Shown piece after piece: positions 28,761-36,539 of a DNA stretch of 64,000 nucleotides. Location of the stretch: the NCBI GenBank assembly GCA_946221385.1, contig CAMIGX010000002.1:10824-74823 (forward strand). The letters run 5' to 3'. The stretch is from an uncultured Propionimicrobium sp. Its GTDB lineage: Bacteria; Actinomycetota; Actinomycetes; Propionibacteriales; Propionibacteriaceae. Made by a program: the position numbers and the translations under genes. The notes under the pieces were generated by a model, which saw only the letters and a list, made by a program, of their open reading frames with translations, had not been told where the DNA came from and did not search any database. Within the stretch, counting starts at the first letter, position 1; every line of letters begins with the position of its first letter.

Positions 28761-29801
28761 CTACTGGGGGACGATCGCGACTTTAATGCCTTGGCCAGAG
28801 GCTGCGTATTCGATGCCCTGTTTCACGTCCGCGAGCGCGAAAGTGTCGGTGTGCAAAGACTTGACGTCAATTGCACCGGCTTCGATGAGCCGCAGCGCTT
28901 CGGCTTGATTCGCCCGACCGGCATTGGACGCGCCGGTCACGAAGAGCTCGCCATAGTGGATCAGGTTCGGATCGATGCTCGCCAGGTCGGTCTTCGAGAA
29001 TCCGGCGAAAGCATTGACTCGACCCCGTTTGCGTGCACAGCGCAAGGCGTCATTGAGTAGGCCGGGGTGCCCGATGCAGATGACGACGACGTCCGCGCCT
29101 TGACCGTCGGTCAATTCTTTGACTTTCTCGACGAGATCTTCTTTGCTCGCGTCGATGGTCGTGGTCGCGCCGAATTTCTTTGTCATCTCGAGGCGACTAG
29201 CCGAAATGTCAGAGACGATGATCTGCGCTGCGCCGGCATAGCGACAAACCTGGGCGTGCAGCAAGCCGATCGGTCCGGCGCCCATGATGACGACGGTGTC
29301 GCCAAAATGCGGCTGGTAGTTGCTGGCGCCATTGATGACGCAGCCCAGCGGTTCGGTCAGCGCGACCTCGACTGCGGTCAGCTGCTTTGACGCTCGATAG
29401 ACGCCACCTCGTTGCAGCGCTTCGCCAGGCACGCGGATGTATTCGGCCAGGCCGCCGTCAATGGCGTAGCCAAATAGCTTCGAGTTCTCGCAAAGATTTT
29501 CGTTGCCTCGGACGCAGTAGTAGCACTTGCCGCAGGGCACAGTGGGCAGCAGGCCGACTAGGTCACCTTCGGAGAAGCCCTCGACGTGGCTGCCGACCTC
29601 GACGACATTGCCAGCGATCTCGTGTCCGAGTACCACACCGATGTCGATGCCGGCGCTCTTTTCGCCGCGCAGGATTCGTCCGTCGGTGCCGCAGACGGTG
29701 TTTGCGCCGACCTTCAGTACCAGTCCGTCACGGCCGGCCTCTGGATCGGGTACGTCCTTGAGCTGCAGGTCACCAGGACCGGCGAAGACGGCGGCTTTCA
29801 T
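28761..29801 (-). CDS. Zn-dependent polyol dehydrogenase (MDR family; sorbitol/galactitol-1-phosphate dehydrogenase-like)
   Basis: CGTDGRIL...GHEIAGNVVEVG zinc site, second structural-zinc Cys cluster (CGKCYYC), GAGPIGL. Confidence 0.75.
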   Translation of the reverse strand: MKAAVFAGPGDLQLKDVPDPEAGRDGLVLKVGANTVCGTDGRILRGEKSAGIDIGVVLGHEIAGNVVEVGSHVEGFSEGDLVGLLPTVPCGKCYYCVRGNENLCENSKLFGYAIDGGLAEYIRVPGEALQRGGVYRASKQLTAVEVALTEPLGCVINGASNYQPHFGDTVVIMGAGPIGLLHAQVCRYAGAAQIIVSDISASRLEMTKKFGATTTIDASKEDLVEKVKELTDGQGADVVVICIGHPGLLNDALRCARKRGRVNAFAGFSKTDLASIDPNLIHYGELFVTGASNAGRANQAEALRLIEAGAIDVKSLHTDTFALADVKQGIEYAASGQGIKVAIVPQ

Positions 29802-30589
29802 GCTTGGGCTCCGTGCAAAATCTCGTTGAGATCGTTAATGACCGCCGGCATATCTTCGGCCTGCCAAACATTGCGGCCGAAGATCAAGCCGGTCGCACCG
29901 GCGCTGATTGCGTCTTGGGCGGCCTGCTTGACCGATTCGCGGGACGCGGCCGCCCCGCCGAGGGTGAAGACCGGAATGTTGCCGACCTCTTCAATGATGG
30001 TGCGCTCTGCTTCGACGTCGCCGACATATTCGGTCTTGATAGCGTCTGCGCCGAGCTCGGCGGCAATCCGGCACATGGTGCGCAGTCGCTCGGCGTCCTT
30101 GAGGTCCTCGTTGCGCAGACCCCAAAGCGTCGCTTCCACGATGACCGGTAGGCCGATCGCGTGAGCACGGGAGACGTAGTCAGCTACGCCTTCGACATTG
30201 TCGAAGAACATCTGATCGGCCTTGGGACGGCCAATCAGATAGACGCAGACCGCCGACGCACCCAAGCGCAATGCCTCTTCAGGGGTCGTGATGATGCGAT
30301 GGGCTTCACCCAACTCCTCTTTCATGGCCTTGTCCAGTGGGGTCCAATCGGCGCGCAGAATAGGCGCGGGAGCTCCTGGGCGCGCGAATAGATCACTGGC
30401 CTGTTCCAGCATGCCGCGGTTTAGCAGGATGCCTTCGACGCCGCCGTCGATAATCTTGCCGAGTAGCTCGACGGGATTGCCTAGCCCTTTGACGATCGGC
30501 AGCGATTGGCCGTGGTCAAAAGCGACGATGAAAGAACGTCCACTTTCTGGATTAATTAGTTGTTGCAGTCGAATTGCGCGTCCGGACAT
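29798..30589 (-). CDS. DhnA/FbaB-type class I aldolase (DeoC/LacD family; LsrF-like)
   Basis: About 263 aa with (beta/alpha)8 aldolase character (...IVAFDHG...). Sits in a sugar-phosphate operon, where this family usually cleaves ketose-phosphates. Confidence 0.55.
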   Translation of the reverse strand: MSGRAIRLQQLINPESGRSFIVAFDHGQSLPIVKGLGNPVELLGKIIDGGVEGILLNRGMLEQASDLFARPGAPAPILRADWTPLDKAMKEELGEAHRIITTPEEALRLGASAVCVYLIGRPKADQMFFDNVEGVADYVSRAHAIGLPVIVEATLWGLRNEDLKDAERLRTMCRIAAELGADAIKTEYVGDVEAERTIIEEVGNIPVFTLGGAAASRESVKQAAQDAISAGATGLIFGRNVWQAEDMPAVINDLNEILHGAQA

Positions 30590-31399
30590 TTAATATTCCT
30601 CGTCTACTTCGGGGTCTTTACTGGTGCGGGGGAAATCGACGGCGTCCAGCGTCGCCAATTCTTCGTCAGACAATCGGATTTCTGCGGCAGCGAGATTAGC
30701 CCGCCAACGCTCAGGAGTCGCCGACTTCGCGATAGAGCAGATGCCGCGGGTGGCAGCCCAGGCGATGCATAGCTGGGCTGGAGTGCAGCCCTTGTCAGCT
30801 GCCATTTGCTGGACGGTCGGGTCGTCCAGCAGGCCGCGGCCACGTCCAATGACGCCCCAGCCTTGTACCGCGATGCCATTCGCCTGGCAGAACTCGACCC
30901 ACTCATGCTGGGGATAGCCGGGATGCAATTCGAACTGATTGATCACCGGATATTGATCGAATTCTTGTTTAATCGCTTGCAGGTGGCGATTGGGGAAATT
31001 ACATACCGCGACGTGACGGATATATCCGTCAGCTTGCAATTCCAGCATCGTCTCGTAGGACTCCAAATAAAGCCCAAGACGCGGCAGCGGCCAGTGGATG
31101 AAATAGATATCCACATATTCAGTGCCGAGATTGCGTAGCGACGCGAAGAAGGCGCGTCGGGCTTGGTCGCGGCCCTGGTCGCCACCACGCAATTTGGTGG
31201 CGACCATCAGCTCTTCTCGGGGAATAGAAGAGTCTTTGATGCCGCGTCCGACGCCGTATTCGTTGTGATAGCGCATTGCGGTGTCGATGAGGCGGTAGCC
31301 GTCATCGATAGCTGACGCGACGCAGCGCTGAGCGGCCGCGTCATCGAGTTGCCAGGTGCCGTAGGCGACCGGGGGGAGGGTCAGTTGTTGACGGTTCAT
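30590..31399 (-). CDS. aldo/keto reductase
   Basis: AKR N-terminus ...YGTWQLDDAAAQRCVASAIDDGYRLIDTAMRY... and a C-terminal IPKS-like region; first gene of the operon. Confidence 0.8.
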   Translation of the reverse strand: MNRQQLTLPPVAYGTWQLDDAAAQRCVASAIDDGYRLIDTAMRYHNEYGVGRGIKDSSIPREELMVATKLRGGDQGRDQARRAFFASLRNLGTEYVDIYFIHWPLPRLGLYLESYETMLELQADGYIRHVAVCNFPNRHLQAIKQEFDQYPVINQFELHPGYPQHEWVEFCQANGIAVQGWGVIGRGRGLLDDPTVQQMAADKGCTPAQLCIAWAATRGICSIAKSATPERWRANLAAAEIRLSDEELATLDAVDFPRTSKDPEVDEEY

Positions 31400-31540
31400 G
31401 AAACACCCTTGTTTTGCACGGATATGAAATTTTTATCATTCAAGTGATCGGGTGTCAATGCTTTTGTGCATTCAGCGCGGCCACCTGGGCCTAACCTGCC
31501 GGGCTAAAGTTGAGTTCAAATCCACGCTCAGGAGACCCCA

Positions 31541-32461
31541 ATGGACTTCACTTGGCTCATCGTCGTCGTTGTCTTGATCATGCTAGGGATCGTCTTGCTG
31601 GCAGGTTCGATTTTCATCGTCCATACCCAGCAAATGGCGATCATTGAACGTTTAGGTAAGTTCGTCCGGGTCGCCGGACCGGGTTTGAATCTCAAAATCC
31701 CGCTGATCGATCGCGTCGCGGCGCGACTGAATATGCAAGTTCAGCAGTTGATCGTCGAAGTCGAGACTAAGACCAAGGACAATGTCTTCGTCTCGATTCC
31801 CGTAGCGGTGCAATTCCAAGTGATTCCCGGACGCGAACGAGACGCTTATTACGCGTTGCAGCAGCCGATCGCGCAGATTAACTCCTACGTGCAAGACAAT
31901 GTGCGGACCTCGCTGGCGTCGCTGACCTTGGACCAGTCCTTCGAATCCAAGGATTCGATCGCGGCTCACGTCGAAAGCACCTTGTCTGATCGCATGGGCA
32001 CCTATGGTTGGGCGATCGTCAACACCCTGGTGACCGACATTCGACCTGACGCGCGCGTCATGAATTCGATGAACGAAATCAACGCAGCGCAGCGGCAGCG
32101 CGACGCGGCCGTCAGCTTGGCTGAAGCCGAGAAGATCCGCCTGGTCACGACCGCCGAAGGTGAGGCAGAGGCCAAGCGCCTGCAGGGTCAGGGCATCGCG
32201 ATGGAACGCGAGGCGATCGTTGAGGGTCTTGCCGAACAGATCAAGACCCTGCAGGAAGCCGGCGTCGAGTCGTCGCCGGAGCAGCTGTTGTTGTTGACCC
32301 AATATTTCGACACGCTTCGTGACGTCGCTCGCACCAGCCGATCGTCTGTCATGTTCATGCCGTCCAATCCGGGCGGGGTCGCGCAAATGGGCGACGAGCT
32401 GATGCGCGCTTTTGTCGCGGTTGATCGGCTGGACGACAACGTCAACCGATCCGACGGTTGA
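31541..32461 (+). CDS. SPFH/band-7 (stomatin/prohibitin-like) membrane protein
   Basis: N-terminal TM helix followed by SPFH domain and a coiled-coil C-terminus. Confidence 0.75.
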   Translation: MDFTWLIVVVVLIMLGIVLLAGSIFIVHTQQMAIIERLGKFVRVAGPGLNLKIPLIDRVAARLNMQVQQLIVEVETKTKDNVFVSIPVAVQFQVIPGRERDAYYALQQPIAQINSYVQDNVRTSLASLTLDQSFESKDSIAAHVESTLSDRMGTYGWAIVNTLVTDIRPDARVMNSMNEINAAQRQRDAAVSLAEAEKIRLVTTAEGEAEAKRLQGQGIAMEREAIVEGLAEQIKTLQEAGVESSPEQLLLLTQYFDTLRDVARTSRSSVMFMPSNPGGVAQMGDELMRAFVAVDRLDDNVNRSDG

Positions 32462-32522
32462 TTCCACCAGAGAAAAGTCGCGGACTGCCCGAGCAGTACG
32501 CCGAACTGCAAGAATTCCAGTC

Positions 32523-33023
32523 ATGGCGAATATCACTTTGCGTGGCAATGAAGTTTCAACCGTCGGAAACCTGCCGCTGGTCGGCGGTGACGCGCCGGAT
32601 TTTGAGCTGGTCGGCATTGACATGGAGCCCGTGCGACTGAGCGATTTCGACGGCAAGCGTGTCGTGCTGAACATCTTCCCCAGTGTCGACACAGGCGTTT
32701 GCGCGACTAGCGTGCGGACCTTCAACGAACGCGCGGGCGGCTTGGATAACACGGCGGTGGTCTGCGTCAGCCAGGATCTGCCAATGGCTTTGGGGCGCTT
32801 CTGTGCGGCTGAAGGCATCCAAAATGTGGTCGCGGCATCGGGTTTCCGCTCATCTTTTGCTGATGACTACGGCGTACGGATGACTGATGGACGATTGGCA
32901 GGTCTTTGCTCGCGTGCAGTCGTCGTCCTGGACGAAAACCACGTCGTCGTATTGACCGAGCAGGTGCCTGAAATCGGTCAGGAGCCTGACTACGATGCAG
33001 CGATCGCTGCTTTGGAGGTGTGA
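32523..33023 (+). CDS. tpx: thiol peroxidase (atypical 2-Cys peroxiredoxin)
   Basis: Start at MANITLRG; motif ...FPSVDTGVCA... with the peroxidatic Cys and a second conserved Cys (VSQDLPMA...RFCAAEGI); about 166 aa, Tpx-like. Confidence 0.8.
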   Translation: MANITLRGNEVSTVGNLPLVGGDAPDFELVGIDMEPVRLSDFDGKRVVLNIFPSVDTGVCATSVRTFNERAGGLDNTAVVCVSQDLPMALGRFCAAEGIQNVVAASGFRSSFADDYGVRMTDGRLAGLCSRAVVVLDENHVVVLTEQVPEIGQEPDYDAAIAALEV

Positions 33024-33028
33024 GAGAA

Positions 33029-33238
33029 ATGTTTGAAGATCGTGGCCCGGGCTGGGAACAGCTACCGGCTTCTCCCGAAGACCTAGACCTCGTCGAGGAA
33101 GCACTCAATACTGCTCAACGCGAGGGACTGGTCTCCGGTTCGGACTTTAATCGGATCTACTTCAACATTCGCGCTGCGGAGACGCTGGGCGATCTTGAGG
33201 CCTGCCTGCAGCGCATCCCCACCCCGCAAGCAGAATAA
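33029..33238 (+). CDS. small hypothetical protein (69 aa)
   Basis: ATG with a GGAGGTG RBS 8 nt upstream, just after the tpx stop; no recognisable domain. Confidence 0.35.
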   Translation: MFEDRGPGWEQLPASPEDLDLVEEALNTAQREGLVSGSDFNRIYFNIRAAETLGDLEACLQRIPTPQAE

Positions 33239-34201
33239 TCACGCGTTGCGGGCGGCGTTCCATGCGCTGGCGACCATGTCGTCAAGATCGTGCGTCATCC
33301 GCCAGCCAAGATCGCGCGCTGCTAGATCACCATTTGCGACGATACGGGCTGGGTCACCTGGCCGGCGCGGCGCACGCTCGGCTTGGAAGTCAATGCCTGT
33401 GACTCGAGCGATCGCCTGCATGATTTCTGCGACGGAGCTGCCGTCGCCGCTACCGAGGTTGTAGGCGTACTCTAAATTACGTCCCTCAGTCATTGCTTGC
33501 GCTGCGGCTACGTGCGCGTCAGCGAGATCCGCCACGTGGATGTAGTCGCGAACGCAGGTGCCATCTGGTGTTGGGTAATCGTCGCCAAAAATCTTGGGAG
33601 TCGTACCTGACAGCAGAGCGTTGAAGACGATCGGGAAGAGATTGTGCGGGCTCGCGTCATATAGATCTTCGGCCCCAGAGCCCACGACATTGAAATATCG
33701 CAAATTCGTGAATCGCCATGCAGGGTCAACGGCCGCTATATCTGCCCCGAGCCATTCGCCGATGAGTTTGCTTTGCCCGTAGGGAGATTCGGGTTTCAAA
33801 GCTGTGTCTTCGGTGACCAGATCGACATCGGGGGTTCCGTAGACAGATGCGGAACTAGAGAACACGTAGTTGTGCACGCCAACGTCCTGCATAGCCCGCA
33901 GCAGACTGACGGTGCCCTGCACATTTTGGTCGTATGTGTGTAGCGGTCGTTGAACTGATACCCCGGCGTACTTGAACCCAGCAAGGTGGACGACTCCGAC
34001 GCAGTCGTGTTCTTGCAAAGCTCGACCAACAGCTTCCGTGTCCAGAACGCTTGATCGCACGAGCGCGACGTCGTTAGGTACAAACTTTTCAAAGCCGCTG
34101 CTGAGATCGTCGATAACCACTGGCGTGATGCCTGCAGCTTTGAATGCGCGCACCACATGACTACCGATATAGCCTGCTCCGCCAGTGACTAACCAGCTCA
34201 T
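33239..34201 (-). CDS. galE: UDP-glucose 4-epimerase
   Basis: Start at MSWLVTGGAGYIGSH (Rossmann GxxGxxG); SDR catalytic YxxxK region; about 321 aa. Confidence 0.8.
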   Translation of the reverse strand: MSWLVTGGAGYIGSHVVRAFKAAGITPVVIDDLSSGFEKFVPNDVALVRSSVLDTEAVGRALQEHDCVGVVHLAGFKYAGVSVQRPLHTYDQNVQGTVSLLRAMQDVGVHNYVFSSSASVYGTPDVDLVTEDTALKPESPYGQSKLIGEWLGADIAAVDPAWRFTNLRYFNVVGSGAEDLYDASPHNLFPIVFNALLSGTTPKIFGDDYPTPDGTCVRDYIHVADLADAHVAAAQAMTEGRNLEYAYNLGSGDGSSVAEIMQAIARVTGIDFQAERAPRRPGDPARIVANGDLAARDLGWRMTHDLDDMVASAWNAARNA

Positions 34202-34246
34202 AACGAAACCCTCCACTACGGTTTCGTTTAATCCTGGCACAGTCCT

Positions 34247-35629
34247 CTAGCAGATCATCGGAAGGTGACGATCAAGTCGCTTCGTTCCATCGGCCGTTAC
34301 CAAAAACCTTGCACCGGTCGGTGACTCCCAATAGAAAGCACCCTCTTGGGGCTGCTGTAACTTCCAACCTCCGTGCGTCTTGGCTCTGTGATGCCGTCTC
34401 GATAACGGCGCCAAATTATCGGGCCGAGTTTGGCCTTGCACATCGTCTTCGAAAGGCACGGTATGGTCCAGATCACAGAGCCGAGCGGGCCTAGTTCCGA
34501 ACGGGAATACGTCATTGGGATTGCGTTGCTGGACCGCGAAACGCATGCTTTCCGGAGCTCGATAGGAATCGGTTGGCTGGATCGTGGCTGGATCAATGAT
34601 TGGCCGGACGACGACCCTGGAATTGCGCAGGAACTCCGGCAGATCTTCAACTAGGACGTCACCCCATTGCTCGACCGTCGCGACTCCACCACCAGGAGCG
34701 CAGCGTCCAGCAACGTCACATACCTGCGCTGATCCCCGTTGCATCTCCGTATCCGCAGTCTCGGCCTCGTGCTGTTGACTGATCACATCCCTGGCGTCCA
34801 CGTGCACCACGAGGGTGTGCGTCGCCAGCGACTCTTGGCCATAAGCAGAGCGCGCCAAAATTCCCAGCGCTGCCGCTCGTTTCGCGTCCCGAGCCCGGTG
34901 TTCAAAGATCTCCCCAGTCTTGGGATCAACGATCGGTTCCGGGTCGGGCAGCGTCGCTGCGATCTGGTTAAGCACGTGGTCCAAGGCTGCCGCGTCCTCA
35001 CCCGCTAATTGCCCACCAATCTTGGCCTCACCCCCGTCGAAACCGTCAATCCAAACACCGCGCCAGGACTTTTTCTTCATCCGTTCGCGCCGCATCGCGT
35101 CAGGATCTACCTTCGCGATCTGACGAGTGAGGTTACGCGTAAGGGTCATCCAGGAAGCATCACCCAGCAATGGGGCGATTCGCGCATCCACCTCCTCCGC
35201 TTGCTGCAAAGACAAGTTGCTGCAACGCTGCGCGATCTGAGCCGCAATTCGCCAAGAGATCTCTTGCTGCAAGAACGCCTGCCAGGTCGACCGATGACGT
35301 TGCGAAACGTCCAGCACGTCAGCAATCAACTCCAGAGCTCGACGCGAACCGATGCCCATCCGGGCACCAATCTCCAGGGCGAGGAATTCACCGACTCCAC
35401 CGGTGCCAGCAGATCCAGGATTGATGACGGCCTCCATGCCGTCATAGACCGCCTCAGTCGTCACTTCATAGGAATCGATCAGTCTCGCGATTGCAATGAT
35501 CACACCGACCTCAGCAGCCCGCTGCTTAGCGCAACATTCGTCGAGCTCGTCAAACTGCCCGCGCAGGCGCGCTTGCTCAACGTCTCCGGCAACGTCCGTC
35601 CGCGGGCCGTCCATAATCGATTCGATCAT
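34247..35629 (-). CDS. HNH endonuclease-domain protein with N-terminal DUF222-like region
   Basis: C-terminal HNH signature ...CDLDHTVPFEDD...LAPLSRRHHRAKTHGGW...; the N-terminal helical region is DUF222-like, as in actinobacterial 13E12-type proteins. Start taken at MIESIMDG; the upstream in-frame extension is uncertain. Confidence 0.6.
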   Translation of the reverse strand: MIESIMDGPRTDVAGDVEQARLRGQFDELDECCAKQRAAEVGVIIAIARLIDSYEVTTEAVYDGMEAVINPGSAGTGGVGEFLALEIGARMGIGSRRALELIADVLDVSQRHRSTWQAFLQQEISWRIAAQIAQRCSNLSLQQAEEVDARIAPLLGDASWMTLTRNLTRQIAKVDPDAMRRERMKKKSWRGVWIDGFDGGEAKIGGQLAGEDAAALDHVLNQIAATLPDPEPIVDPKTGEIFEHRARDAKRAAALGILARSAYGQESLATHTLVVHVDARDVISQQHEAETADTEMQRGSAQVCDVAGRCAPGGGVATVEQWGDVLVEDLPEFLRNSRVVVRPIIDPATIQPTDSYRAPESMRFAVQQRNPNDVFPFGTRPARLCDLDHTVPFEDDVQGQTRPDNLAPLSRRHHRAKTHGGWKLQQPQEGAFYWESPTGARFLVTADGTKRLDRHLPMIC

Positions 35630-35688
35630 GTTATCCAGTCTGACGCCCGAATTGCGTGAATCCCCTGATCCAATGAAACAGACAACAC

Positions 35689-35782
35689 CCCTGTGGATAA
35701 CCCAAGAAACCCGAGCGCCACCTGTGGATAACACCGGGAAAGTCCGCGAAGTTATCCCCAAAGCGCGCTATTTATCCACAGA
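35689..35782. promoter_or_regulatory. cluster of three perfect CTGTGGATAA/TTATCCACAG 10-mers (DnaA-box-like) plus one 8/9 match
   Basis: CTGTGGATAA at 35691-35700 and 35722-35731, TTATCCACAG at 35772-35781, and TTATCCCCA at about 35753-35761. All lie in the intergenic/leader region upstream of the HNH/DUF222 gene. Confidence 0.4.
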
Positions 35783-35803
35783 ACAACAGGTTCACGGGGC
35801 TAA

Positions 35804-36508
35804 TCAGTTCACGTCTGGCCCGTCGGCAGCACCTTCCGGAACTTCAGCATTCCCTAGCTCGTCCCAGTCGGCGTCCAACAAATCGTTCAAGCTCTCCACG
35901 ACCAAGATCGCGCCCGATTCTTTCAGCTCAGTCTCACTGAATCCCCCAGTCAGCACACCAATGCAAGGGAATCCGGCCCGCGCGGCAGCGACCACGTCAT
36001 AGACCGAGTCCCCGATCACGATCGCACTAGAACCATCGACCTTGCGGCACGCTTCGCCGAAAATATCTGGGTCCGGTTTCGATTCCTCAACATCCGAGGA
36101 GGTCGTCATCCCGTCAACGTCACGCGCTTTCAAGCCGACGATCGCCAGCGACTTTTCGACGTCCTTCTTCTCCCCAGACGAGCCAATCACGACTTTGAAG
36201 TCACCACGCAGCTGCTCGATCAACTCTTTAGCGCCTGGCAGCGGCTCGATCAGATCACGAACCTTCGCAAACAGTTTCGACTGCCGATCACGAATCTTGT
36301 CGCCCTTGTCGGCCTCGACGTCCTCGCCCGCGACTTCCGTCACGATCTTGTCGCCACCCAGCCCAATCGAACGGTGAATGCGCCAGGTCTCGACGTCCAC
36401 ACCATAGTCGTGCAGCGCCTGCTGCCAGGTGATCGCATGGTGGTAGGTGGAGTCCACCAAGGTGCCATCCATATCAAAAATCACGGTGTCATGTTTGCGC
36501 TCAGTCAT
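35804..36508 (-). CDS. HAD-superfamily hydrolase (beta-phosphoglucomutase/phosphatase-like)
   Basis: Motif I VIFDMDGTLVDS, with HAD motifs II-IV present. Confidence 0.65.
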   Translation of the reverse strand: MTERKHDTVIFDMDGTLVDSTYHHAITWQQALHDYGVDVETWRIHRSIGLGGDKIVTEVAGEDVEADKGDKIRDRQSKLFAKVRDLIEPLPGAKELIEQLRGDFKVVIGSSGEKKDVEKSLAIVGLKARDVDGMTTSSDVEESKPDPDIFGEACRKVDGSSAIVIGDSVYDVVAAARAGFPCIGVLTGGFSETELKESGAILVVESLNDLLDADWDELGNAEVPEGAADGPDVN

Positions 36509-36539
36509 ACATAGACCCTAGCCGCACCGCGTCCGTCGC

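Noticed and set aside
35689-35782. DnaA-box cluster interpreted as the chromosomal origin oriC
   Set aside because: No dnaA, dnaN, rpmH, or parAB genes in the window; only 3-4 boxes; no AT-rich unwinding element; the flanking genes are accessory-type. Kept as a regulatory or titration site, not an origin.
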